Positions 45,393 through 53,894 of a DNA stretch of 64,000 nucleotides are shown one piece after another. The stretch is from Arenicellales bacterium (GTDB lineage: Bacteria; Pseudomonadota; Gammaproteobacteria; Arenicellales; CBDCFT01): the NCBI GenBank assembly GCA_965216735.1, contig OZ244198.1, positions 4,927,478-4,991,477 on the forward strand, given 5' to 3'. The notes under the pieces were generated by a model. That model saw only the letters and a list, made by a program, of their open reading frames with translations, made no database searches and had not been told where the DNA came from. Both the position numbers and the translations under genes were made by a program. How positions within the stretch are numbered: the first letter of the stretch is position 1; every line of letters begins with the position of its first letter.

Positions 45393-46211
45393 TTGGACGA
45401 CATAGGATCCACAGTTCTAGAGTTCAAAAGTACTCTTAATGGGCCGATTGCGTCCATGAGCCATCTTCGGCAATCGCTGTTGTTTGCGGAATTAGCTCAT
45501 GTATCTTATTTGAACGAGGATAGAGCGAGTAAAGTCGTCACGGAGATAGGTTTGCATGAATCGGTATTGTTTGATCAGGCAGGTGCACAAGCTTATATAT
45601 TTGAAAATGATATCGATTGCATTGTCGCTTGCCGTGGAACAGAGCCGAATGATTGGAACGATATTAAAGCGGATGCAAACGCACTAGCGGCGATCGCAGA
45701 AACCTTCGGCCGGGTTCATCGAGGTTTTAAGGAAGAGGTAGATCATTTGTGGCCAAATCTAGAACAAGAATTAGTCAGCAATACCAAAACTCTTTGGTTT
45801 GCAGGTCATTCTCTGGGTGGGGCTATGGCGACGATTTGTGCCGGCCGTTGTATGTTGTCACATATCAATTCCAATCCCCATGGACTATTTACCTATGGTA
45901 GTCCACGTGTCGGTGACAAGCGTTACATCAATTATGTCAAACTCAACTACACTCGTTGGGTGAACAACAACGATATTGTCACGCGGGTGCCACCACCGTG
46001 GATGGGTTACCGGCACACCGGTCGGGAAATGTATTTAAACGCCTACGGGAAAATTCGGAAAATGACGGGATGGCAGCGAACCAAGGACCGGTGGCGCGGG
46101 TTTGTGATGGGTGTTAGAAAGGGCAAGGTCGATCACTTTGCTGATCATTCCATTAAACGTTATGTTGAATATATTCATAACGCGGTTATGGAACATGAAG
46201 TTAAGGAATGA
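45393..46211 (+). CDS. Class 3 lipase (alpha/beta hydrolase)
   Basis: 'IVACRGTEPNDWNDIKAD', nucleophile elbow 'FAGHSLGGAMA', 'YGSPRVGD', 'NNNDIVTRVP'. The track start is TTG; an alternative ATG lies at 45456. Confidence 0.8.
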   Translation: MDDIGSTVLEFKSTLNGPIASMSHLRQSLLFAELAHVSYLNEDRASKVVTEIGLHESVLFDQAGAQAYIFENDIDCIVACRGTEPNDWNDIKADANALAAIAETFGRVHRGFKEEVDHLWPNLEQELVSNTKTLWFAGHSLGGAMATICAGRCMLSHINSNPHGLFTYGSPRVGDKRYINYVKLNYTRWVNNNDIVTRVPPPWMGYRHTGREMYLNAYGKIRKMTGWQRTKDRWRGFVMGVRKGKVDHFADHSIKRYVEYIHNAVMEHEVKE

Positions 46212-46651
46212 TCAGTACTGAACTCGTAGGCTTATTGTTTGTAGTAGCAGGTATGTTGCTGTGTTTTGGCATGATTTCAGGTCACTTCAAATTAAAGAGC
46301 ATGCAAAATTGACCTACTACTGAAGGTGTTGTGATCAAATCGAAAGTCGTGGGGCTAGTAGAAAGCGAAAACAAAACACAACTGCAGATTAAATATCAAT
46401 ACTCAGTCAATAAGGAGACATTTGAGGGGCACAAAATTCATCTGTTATACGGTTCTAAGTCTAAGGAATCAGCACTCGAACGCATGTACAAATACTTAGA
46501 AGGCTCAAGAGTGTCAATTTTCTATAATCCAAAAAAGCTAAAGGACTCTTATTTGGAAACTAATTGTCCAGTAGAACTTGTGGTTAGTTTTGGATTAGGC
46601 GGAATTGTTTTCATAATTGCAGGTATAGGATTGTTTTTAGAGTTAATTTGA
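46208..46651 (+). pseudogene. DUF3592 membrane protein gene interrupted by one in-frame TGA at the conserved Trp position
   Basis: The frame opens at ATG 46208 (ATGA overlap with the lipase stop). It encodes an N-terminal TM helix, then 'QN*PTTEGVVIKSKV' where the family has 'WP.T.G.V', with TGA at 46310-46312. The remainder (track ORF 46331-46651) carries the DUF3592 core and a C-terminal TM helix. Confidence 0.7.
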
Positions 46652-46666
46652 CGATGCTCTTGAAAT

Positions 46667-46873
46667 CATTTCGTCCCACGCTTTTAGCGCGCAACGAAAA
46701 TAGCCAAAGAAAGCGCGCCCCTGTGTTCTGGTTCCTGAAAGGAACTTCCCTTGCCGAAAGCCGTTTGTGGCGGGCCGGTTCGACGAATCATCCACGATTT
46801 GGCGAACCTCAAATCGACCTCCGTGTCGATTTGTCCCTGCAACCGTCTTTCGTTTCGGCAGAACGCTAAGGGA
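46667..46873 (+). repeat. Copy B of the dispersed non-coding element (partner at 31291-31533)
   Basis: Same orientation and block order as copy A. It starts 16 nt after the DUF3592 stop. It contains a perfect 8-bp hairpin AAATCGAC-ctccgt-GTCGATTT that is only weakly retained in copy A. Confidence 0.7.
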
Positions 46874-46992
46874 GGAAGGAGGTAGGAGTAAGCCTGCTCA
46901 CGAAGGGTATCACTGGATACTTATTTCATGTTCCAGGCTCTGATGGCGGTACATTCCTGTATCAACGTTCAGGGTATAGCGATTTTTGTTGT

Positions 46993-48246
46993 TTACAGTT
47001 CAAATATCGATTCACCAGCCAATAACTCGTCAATGGTTTCGCGTTTGCGGACAACTTGAAACCGATTGCCGTCAACCATCACTTCGGCGGCGCGCGGCCG
47101 TGTGTTGTAGTTCGAGCTCATGACGGCACCGTAAGCACCGGCGGAACGCACGGCGAGCAAATCACCTGTTTCCATAGATAACTCGCGGTCGCGGCCTAAA
47201 TAGTCTCCGGTTTCACAAACCGGTCCGACCACATCATAAGTCAGTTTTGAATCGCTTCGCCGAATAACGGGAACGATTTCCTGATACGCTTGGTATAACG
47301 CTGGCCGCAGCAAATCGTTCATAGCCGCGTCGACCACAGCGAAATTTTTCGGTTGACCGTGTTTCAAATATTCCACGCGTGTCAAAAGTATGCCGGCATT
47401 GCCTGCGATGGCACGGCCCGGTTCGATATGGATGGGTAAATCGCAATCATATTGCTTCATACATGCCAGCAAATTTTCTGCATAATCCGCCGGCAAGGGT
47501 GGTTGCTCGTCGTTGTAGCGAATTCCCAACCCGCCGCCGATGTCGATGTGTTGGAGCGCCAGGCCTTGTTCAGCTAGTTGTCGGGTGAACGACAACACGC
47601 GATCCAGTGCATCGCGGTGGGGTGTGGAATCAGTCAATTGCGAACCAATGTGACAAGCGATGCCGATAACTTCGATAAACGATGAATCCACTGCCATACC
47701 ATAAATATGCATAGCTTCGTCCAGTGGAAGGCCAAATTTGTTTTCGCGCAGTCCGGTGGCTATATACGGATGAGTTTTGGCGTCAACATCCGGATTTATG
47801 CGCACTGCGATCGGCACGACGATGTTTTCCTGTTGCGCGATTTGAATAAGCCGGTCTAATTCACCGCTGGATTCAATGTTGATGCATTGAATTCTTGCCT
47901 TAACGGCTTGACGTAGCTCGGTTTCGTTTTTGCCAACACCGGAAAACACGATTTTTTCCGGTTTGCCTCCGGCGTGTAAAACGCGCTCCAGTTCGCCGCC
48001 TGAAACGACGTCAAACCCCGAGCCAAGCCGTGCAAAGATGTTTAAAACGGCGAGATTGCTGTTGGCCTTTACCGAATAACAAATTTGATGGGGATGATCG
48101 GCGAACGCCTTGTCGAAGGCATGCCAGTGTCGTTCCAATGTGGCGCGAGAGTAGACATAACACGGCGTACCCACTTGCACCGCAATGGAGCGTAAGGCAA
48201 CGTCCTCGGCGAATAATTCATCGCCGTGGTATTCGAAGTAATCCAC
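46993..48246 (-). CDS. lysA: Diaminopimelate decarboxylase
   Basis: 'TPCYVYS', 'ICYSVKANSNLAVL', 'HIGSQ', 'IDIGGGLGI', 'EPGRAIAGNAG', 'GPVCETGD'. Confidence 0.93.
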   Translation of the reverse strand: MDYFEYHGDELFAEDVALRSIAVQVGTPCYVYSRATLERHWHAFDKAFADHPHQICYSVKANSNLAVLNIFARLGSGFDVVSGGELERVLHAGGKPEKIVFSGVGKNETELRQAVKARIQCINIESSGELDRLIQIAQQENIVVPIAVRINPDVDAKTHPYIATGLRENKFGLPLDEAMHIYGMAVDSSFIEVIGIACHIGSQLTDSTPHRDALDRVLSFTRQLAEQGLALQHIDIGGGLGIRYNDEQPPLPADYAENLLACMKQYDCDLPIHIEPGRAIAGNAGILLTRVEYLKHGQPKNFAVVDAAMNDLLRPALYQAYQEIVPVIRRSDSKLTYDVVGPVCETGDYLGRDRELSMETGDLLAVRSAGAYGAVMSSNYNTRPRAAEVMVDGNRFQVVRKRETIDELLAGESIFEL

Positions 48247-48255
48247 GAAGGAAGA

Positions 48256-48405
48256 TTAACCGCTGTCCTGATTTTCTTGTTCTTCTTCCTGTTCTTCGTC
48301 GGGTAAGTACAACGCCCCTTTTTGCCCGCATCCGCCTATTAATACGGATATCACGAGCAGGGTGAAAAGCAGGCGAGCAATTGTTTTAGTGAAAGAGTGA
48401 GTCAT
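48256..48405 (-). CDS. lptM: Small lipoprotein LptM/YifL-like (below the ORF-track length cutoff)
   Basis: My own translation gives 'MTHSFTKTIARLLFTLLVISVLIGGCGQKGALYLPDEEQEEEQENQDSG*'. It has the lipobox LIGGC, the 'GCGQKG.LYLP' signature and an acidic tail, and sits immediately upstream of lysA as in many gammaproteobacteria. Confidence 0.7.
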   Translation of the reverse strand: MTHSFTKTIARLLFTLLVISVLIGGCGQKGALYLPDEEQEEEQENQDSG

Positions 48406-48487
48406 GTTTGTTCGCTTTAAAAATTGGTAAATCGGTGAATGGGATCAATGTCCGTCGTCGACACATTGCAGTTCGATTTGCGGTGTG

Positions 48488-49876
48488 TCAATCCCTTTCA
48501 CTCAATCGGGTCCGCGCCCGCTGAACGGCTGCCAATACCTGCTTAGGCGCGGTTCCGCCGATGTGGTCGCGTGCTTTAACCGAGCCCTCAAGCGTCAGCG
48601 AATCGTAAACATCAGCCTCAATATGTTTACAATATGACCGCAGAACGTCAATCGCTAACTCTCCTAATTCCAGCTTGTTGTCAATGGCATGTCGCACCAC
48701 TTGACCGACGATGGCATGCGCTTCCCGGAACGGAATGTTTTTGCGTACCAAATAGTCCGCCAAATCGGTAGCGGTGGCATACCCCTTGATGGCTGCTGTA
48801 CGCATGTTCTCGCGATTAACTGACATCTGCGGAATCATGGCTGCCAATACTTCCAAACATTCGATGACGGTATGCGCTGTATCAAATAGCGGCTGTTTGT
48901 CCTCTTGATTGTCACGGTTGTAACTGAGTGGTTGGCCTTTCATCAGCATTAACAGCGCTTGCAGATTTCCGCTGACCCGGCCGGTTTTTCCACGGATGAG
49001 CTCGGCCACATCAGGATTTTTCTTTTGCGGCATGATACTGGAGCCGGTACAAAAGGCATCGCTCAAGTCGATAAACCGGAATTGTTCCGATGACCATAAC
49101 ACCATTTCTTCAGCTATGCGTGATAAGTGCATCATCAGCACACCGGCATGGGCGCAAAACTCGATAGCGAAATCGCGGTCTGAAACCGCATCCAATGAAT
49201 TTTCCGAGACGGCATCGAAACCCAATTCGGTTGCAGTCATTTCACGATCAATGGGAAAACTGGTGCCCGCTAATGCGGCCGAACCCAAGGGTGATACATT
49301 GACCCGTGTGCGGCAATCGATGAAACGCGCCCGATCGCGTCGCAACATCTCATTCCAGGCGAGTAAATGATGACCAAAAGTAATGGGTTGCGCCGGTTGC
49401 ATATGGGTGAAACCAGGCATGACGGTAGCGGCTTCCTGTTCCGCTAAGTGCACCAACGCTGTTTGAGCACTATGGATTTTTTCGATCGTATTATCCACCA
49501 CATCACGCACATACAAACGCATATCGGTCGCAACTTGATCGTTACGCGAGCGCGCGGTGTGCAGTTTTTTCCCGCTGTCGCCGATGACATCCGTGAGACG
49601 TGCTTCGATGTTCATGTGCACATCTTCAAGTTGCGTTGACCATTCAAACTCACCCGATTCAATTTGCGCACGAATCGTTTCCAGCCCACTAATAATCGAC
49701 TCGCCCTCTGTATTCGATAGCACACCGACACTGGACAACATACGTGCGTGTGCAAGGGATCCGGCAATGTCATACAAAGCCAGTTGCCGGTCCGTATCGA
49801 CCGACGCAGTAAACTTTTCAACTATTTCGTTGGTGGGCGAGGTGAACCGTCCGCTCCACATTTTCTTGTCGTTCAT
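48488..49876 (-). CDS. argH: Argininosuccinate lyase
   Basis: 'WSGRF', 'SRNDQVATD', '[17 protein letters not shown]', '[12 protein letters not shown]'. Confidence 0.95.
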   Translation of the reverse strand: MNDKKMWSGRFTSPTNEIVEKFTASVDTDRQLALYDIAGSLAHARMLSSVGVLSNTEGESIISGLETIRAQIESGEFEWSTQLEDVHMNIEARLTDVIGDSGKKLHTARSRNDQVATDMRLYVRDVVDNTIEKIHSAQTALVHLAEQEAATVMPGFTHMQPAQPITFGHHLLAWNEMLRRDRARFIDCRTRVNVSPLGSAALAGTSFPIDREMTATELGFDAVSENSLDAVSDRDFAIEFCAHAGVLMMHLSRIAEEMVLWSSEQFRFIDLSDAFCTGSSIMPQKKNPDVAELIRGKTGRVSGNLQALLMLMKGQPLSYNRDNQEDKQPLFDTAHTVIECLEVLAAMIPQMSVNRENMRTAAIKGYATATDLADYLVRKNIPFREAHAIVGQVVRHAIDNKLELGELAIDVLRSYCKHIEADVYDSLTLEGSVKARDHIGGTAPKQVLAAVQRARTRLSERD

Positions 49877-49998
49877 CTCGGTGTTTAATCAATCGGAAAT
49901 TGGCGCGAGTATACGCGAAATGCAATCCACCACTTTTTCATTCGATCGCCTGTTTTTCGCCTCATCTTATACTTGATGCTAAATTTCAGGAGTCGAGG

Positions 49999-50026
49999 TT
50001 GACATATTTGTTGTAAACGATATATC
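49999..50026 (+). promoter_or_regulatory. Sigma70-like promoter (TTGACA-16-TATATC) in the argH / algZ intergenic region
   Basis: TTGACA at 49999-50004, a 16-nt spacer, TATATC at 50021-50026. Confidence 0.45.
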
Positions 50027-50049
50027 TTCCGTTTATCCCTTAAATCGAA

Positions 50050-50058
50050 CCGTTTGTC
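50050..50058 (+). promoter_or_regulatory. AlgR-box-like 9-mer CCGTTTGTC
   Basis: 8/9 match to the P. aeruginosa AlgR core CCGTTCGTC as I recall it. Located just downstream of the putative promoter, upstream of algZ-algR. Confidence 0.25.
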
Positions 50059-50189
50059 TGTCGATGGATTGTTCCAAAATCATCTTTTTACTACTCTCAA
50101 CGTGGGCAGGTCACCGGTGATCTGTCCACAACCTGGTTCGGGACACCTTCCTCAGACACCCCCACCTAGTATCCGAATCAGGCACTATA

Positions 50190-50217
50190 CCCCCCGATCC
50201 GTCGGGGGGTTTTTTTC
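50190..50217 (+). terminator. Strong rho-independent terminator with no upstream protein gene
   Basis: CCCCCCGA-tccg-TCGGGGGG followed by T7, about 100 nt upstream of the algZ start. Confidence 0.8.
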
Positions 50218-50313
50218 TGTGCTTGTACCTAATCCGCTAATAAATCATTCGACAGGCATGGTGCTGCCTGATTCTGTGCGTCGGTCTGATATGCGGTCGA
50301 ATTCTTCTGGGCG

Positions 50314-51435
50314 ATGAGAAGACCTAAACGGATGGCGCAGACAAATAAACACTTTCTCACGCGAATGCTTCAACGCCGTACATCCAAAGATGTTGTGAGT
50401 AGCAACTTGGATAATGGTTTCTTACCCAATTTTTGTGTTGGAGGCTCCATCGTCAACGTCGTGGTGCTGGCGGAAATGATTGCGTTAGCGATTACTGTGT
50501 TGACGGATCGAATATCGGCAAATATTTATCAAGATTTCATACTGATTTCACTATTTGTGCAGTGGGTTGCATTGACCAGCATTGCGGTATTGTGTGTGTT
50601 GCGCCGATTACTCAATCGGCTGCCGCCTTGGCGTGCCATTTTTATGGCTTACCTTATCTTGCTTTGTATCACTTGGGTGGTCAGTGAGTTAGCTATCTGG
50701 ATTTTAGCCTGGACGGGTCTCATTACCACGCCTCGCCCTTCATGGTATTTGTATTTTCACGTGCAAAACATCGTCGTCAGCGGTGTGGTGAATGCTTTAG
50801 CTTTGCGCTATTTTCTGGCCCGCGATCAGTTACGCGAAAAAACCTTGGCAGCCGCCGCGGCCCATGCGGAAGTTCAAAAACACCGCGTGCGAAGACATTT
50901 TCTGTTTAACAGCATGAATAGCATCGCCAGTTTAACCCAACGCTCACCGACCAAGGCTGAAGAAGCAATTGAGGACATGTCGGATCTGTTTCGCTTGATG
51001 CTGGATGAAAGCAAAGGTTTGATTGCCGTGCATAAAGAAATTGCCTTGGCAAAAAAATACGTCAAAATGGAAAAACTGCGTTTTCAACGACGGTTGAAAG
51101 TGTCTTGGTCTGTTGGGGAGATACCACGATTTGCGTTAACACCAACATTATTGTTACAACAGTTGTTGGAGGATGCGATCCATGGTGGCATCGAAGCCTC
51201 ACTTACGGGTGGTGAGATTCATGTCAAGGTGAGCGTGCAGGGTGACAAAATCGAATATGCGCTGGATAGTCCTTGGTCTGCGGAAGAACAACACCACCGT
51301 AACCCGTCGGAGTTGATAGAACATATCCGTGCGTGCTTGCAGGAAGAATATCAAGAAAATGCGGAGATTCGGGTTAATAAATCGGGCGAACGCCAATCCG
51401 TCGTTGTTCGCCATCCGATCAGTGTTGAAATATGA
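50314..51435 (+). CDS. algZ: LytS/AlgZ(FimS)-type sensor histidine kinase (His_kinase PF06580-like)
   Basis: Multiple N-terminal TM helices. 'RVRRHFLFNSMNSIASL' is the unorthodox H-box of the LytS/YehU/AlgZ family. 4-nt overlap with algR, and argH is adjacent as in Pseudomonas. Confidence 0.85.
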   Translation: MRRPKRMAQTNKHFLTRMLQRRTSKDVVSSNLDNGFLPNFCVGGSIVNVVVLAEMIALAITVLTDRISANIYQDFILISLFVQWVALTSIAVLCVLRRLLNRLPPWRAIFMAYLILLCITWVVSELAIWILAWTGLITTPRPSWYLYFHVQNIVVSGVVNALALRYFLARDQLREKTLAAAAAHAEVQKHRVRRHFLFNSMNSIASLTQRSPTKAEEAIEDMSDLFRLMLDESKGLIAVHKEIALAKKYVKMEKLRFQRRLKVSWSVGEIPRFALTPTLLLQQLLEDAIHGGIEASLTGGEIHVKVSVQGDKIEYALDSPWSAEEQHHRNPSELIEHIRACLQEEYQENAEIRVNKSGERQSVVVRHPISVEI

Positions 51436-52169
51436 AAATCCTGATTGTCGATGACGAAGTGCTGGCCCGCGACCGTTTACGAGAGCATGTGTTGCGTTTG
51501 GAACCCGAAGCGGATATCGAGGACGCGCAAAACGGCAGCGAAGCAATAGAAAAAGTAAACGCTGGGCAACCCGATATTGTTTTAATGGACATTCGCATGC
51601 CGGTGATGGATGGTTTACAAGCGGCGTCTTACATGATGTCGCTGGACGATCCGCCGGCGGTTGTTTTCACCACGGCGTATGAGGATCATGCGTTGGAGGC
51701 ATTCGAAGTCAATGCCGTCGACTATTTGCTAAAACCCGTGCGTCAGGAGCGCTTACGCCAAGCTTTCGAAAAAGCCGAGCGCTTTTTACGTCAGCCATCG
51801 GACAGAGAAACAACGCGTCGAGACCGGCGAGCGACGCGTTCCCACGTCAGTGTCAACACCCGCGGGCATATTCGCCTGATTCCAGTGAAAGAAATTATTT
51901 ATTTCATGGCCGACAGCAAATACATTACAGTACGCACCGCAAATGCGCGACACTTAATCGAAGATTCCCTGTCTAACCTTGAGAAAGAATTTGGTGATCG
52001 ATTCATGCGGGTGCATCGTAACTCCCTAGTGTCGACGGACTACATACGCGGCCTTGACAAACGAACAGGCAGTAAGTGGGTAGTGATATTGGATAATGTT
52101 GACGAACGTATCGAAGTCAGCCGGCGCCGGTTGCCCACGGTGCGGCGCTGGACTCGGCGCGAATCATGA
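51432..52169 (+). CDS. algR: LytTR-family response regulator AlgR
   Basis: Receiver 'MKILIVDDE...PDIVLMDIRMPVMDG' and a C-terminal LytTR domain 'IIYFMADSKYITVRT...FMRVHRNSLV'. Confidence 0.9.
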   Translation: MKILIVDDEVLARDRLREHVLRLEPEADIEDAQNGSEAIEKVNAGQPDIVLMDIRMPVMDGLQAASYMMSLDDPPAVVFTTAYEDHALEAFEVNAVDYLLKPVRQERLRQAFEKAERFLRQPSDRETTRRDRRATRSHVSVNTRGHIRLIPVKEIIYFMADSKYITVRTANARHLIEDSLSNLEKEFGDRFMRVHRNSLVSTDYIRGLDKRTGSKWVVILDNVDERIEVSRRRLPTVRRWTRRES

Positions 52170-53317
52170 CTGGCATAATCCAAAAATCTTTTACATGGCC
52201 GTTGTTTTTTGTTTTCGCCGCATGTTCTTCGAATTTCGTAATCGCCGCCGATAAAAATATCCTTGGCGAGTACGAATCCAAACACCATACTTTCAAGACC
52301 GTGCGACTGGCGGACAAGTTATCCCATCCTTGGTCTTTGGCTTTTTTACCCAACGGTGATTTCCTGATTACTGAACGACCCGGTCGCCTAAGACAGTTTA
52401 GTAGTGGCGTGCTTGACCCTGATCCTATCGCCGGATTACCGGAAATTGCCGCAACCGGGCAAGGCGGCTTACTGGATATCGCAGCGCATCCGGATTTCGC
52501 CAATAATCAACTGATTTACTTCACCTATTCGGCGTCCAACTGGCGCGGAGCCGGTACCGAACTCGCAAGGGCACGGTTAGTCGACCACCAACTCCAAGAT
52601 CTTGAAGTAATATTTGCCGCAGATCCCAAGTCCTTCGGTGGCCGGCATTTTGGTTCCCGTATTTTGTTTGCGCCGGATGGATTTTTGTACCTATCCCTGG
52701 GGGATCGTGGTAAACGTGAACCAGCGCAGGATTTGTCCAGTCACACCGGTTCAATGATTCGGCTTAATCCGGACGGTAGTGTGCCCGGGGATAACCCGTT
52801 TGTGAGTCAAAATAACGCACAACCTGAAATCTATAGCTACGGTCATCGCAATATCCAAGGTTTGGCGGCGCAACCCGAAACAGGATTGCTTTGGTCGCAT
52901 GAGCATGGACCGCAAGGCGGTGACGAACTCAATATTGTTCGCGCCGGTGCGAACTACGGTTGGCCGGTGATTACTTACGGCCGCAACTACGGTTCGGGCA
53001 CGAAGATCGGTGAAGGAACGGAAAAAGCGGATATGCAGCAACCGGTGTATTATTGGGTGCCTTCTATTGCACCGTCGGGTATGGCGTTTTACAAAGGCGA
53101 TGCATTTCCGAGATGGAACGGTCATTTGTTTATTGGATCGTTAAAATTTCGACACTTGGTTCGGCTGGAACTACAGGGTGAGACGGTGGCAAAAGAAGAA
53201 ATTCTACTGGCACAAGAACTTGGCCGTATTCGCGATGTACGCAGTGGTCCGGACGGTTTTCTTTATTTGTTAACGGACCATGATAATGGGATGTTGCTAC
53301 GTCTTGAACCTGACTAA
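52166..53317 (+). CDS. PQQ-dependent soluble sugar (aldose/sorbosone) dehydrogenase
   Basis: Signal peptide. 'GQGGLLDIAAHPDF', 'HFGSRILFAPDGFLYLSLGD', 'YGHRNIQGLA', 'EHGPQGGDELN...GANYGWP'. Confidence 0.87.
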   Translation: MTGIIQKSFTWPLFFVFAACSSNFVIAADKNILGEYESKHHTFKTVRLADKLSHPWSLAFLPNGDFLITERPGRLRQFSSGVLDPDPIAGLPEIAATGQGGLLDIAAHPDFANNQLIYFTYSASNWRGAGTELARARLVDHQLQDLEVIFAADPKSFGGRHFGSRILFAPDGFLYLSLGDRGKREPAQDLSSHTGSMIRLNPDGSVPGDNPFVSQNNAQPEIYSYGHRNIQGLAAQPETGLLWSHEHGPQGGDELNIVRAGANYGWPVITYGRNYGSGTKIGEGTEKADMQQPVYYWVPSIAPSGMAFYKGDAFPRWNGHLFIGSLKFRHLVRLELQGETVAKEEILLAQELGRIRDVRSGPDGFLYLLTDHDNGMLLRLEPD

Positions 53318-53325
53318 TTTACTGT

Positions 53326-53844
53326 TTACATTCCTTCAAGACTAATCATTCTTGGCGGATGATCTACCGCGTTCAAGAATTTAATTAGATCTTCGCTGGC
53401 GATAGTCGTCGTCATGGCGTTGTCTAACGGATGAAAATGCAGTTTTTCAAAACCCAGCAATTTTTCATCGAGTGCGATTAGTACTTCTCCACCGGTATCG
53501 TTCATCACCGCAAACGGAGTGACCGCGCCGGGCATGACACCGAGATAACGATGCAGCCTTTCCTCGCTGGCGAAGGAAACCCGGCCAATACCCAACAATT
53601 CCCCTAACTGCTTCAAGTTCACCACGGCATCTTCATGACAGGTGACCAACCACATTGTTCCTTTTTTATTTCGTAAAAATAAATTTTTGCTGTAACCACC
53701 TTCGGGATTGGATCGCCAGGCTTTGGAATGTTCCACCGTGAACATCGGCTGATGACTAACCGTACGCTGGACAATATTCAGTTCGTCCAATTTTGCCAAC
53801 AAATCTTCCGCACTCGTCACAGGTAGCTTTAATGTTTTACACAT
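53326..53844 (-). CDS. YbaK/ProX-type aminoacyl-tRNA editing domain protein
   Basis: 'KNLFLRNKKG', 'PGAVTPFAVMND' and 'HPLDNAMTTTI' are typical of prolyl-tRNA-synthetase-associated editing domains. Confidence 0.78.
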   Translation of the reverse strand: MCKTLKLPVTSAEDLLAKLDELNIVQRTVSHQPMFTVEHSKAWRSNPEGGYSKNLFLRNKKGTMWLVTCHEDAVVNLKQLGELLGIGRVSFASEERLHRYLGVMPGAVTPFAVMNDTGGEVLIALDEKLLGFEKLHFHPLDNAMTTTIASEDLIKFLNAVDHPPRMISLEGM

Positions 53845-53894
53845 GAAATCATTACGATGATCGTTACCTCATTCACTAAATTTTTCCGCCGTGG

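Larger units (their letters stand above)
50033..50217 (+). ncRNA. Candidate ~185-nt sRNA or transcription-attenuating leader of algZ-algR
   Basis: Bounded by the promoter above and a strong intrinsic terminator. It contains a 28-nt hairpin (50102-50129) whose two non-Watson-Crick positions are G.U only on the + strand. The only ORF over the region (50054-50317) has no recognisable features. Confidence 0.35.

Noticed and set aside
46310-46312. Genetic-code reassignment (TGA = Trp or Gly), suggested by four in-frame TGA codons in otherwise readable genes (46310, 58233, 58260, 58674).
   Set aside because: TGA is clearly used as a stop in well-conserved genes here, including the ATGA-coupled pairs addB/addA, lipase/DUF3592, vapB/vapC and the multicopper oxidase. 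All the affected genes lie in accessory, decaying DNA, so TGG/CGA-to-TGA nonsense mutations are the simpler explanation.
50054-50317. The 87-aa ORF between argH and algZ as a protein-coding gene.
   Set aside because: There is no RBS or recognisable family. It has a TTG-type start and a Pro/Ser/Arg-rich composition typical of an out-of-frame read. It spans a strong intrinsic terminator and runs into the algZ start. The region is better explained as non-coding RNA or a leader.
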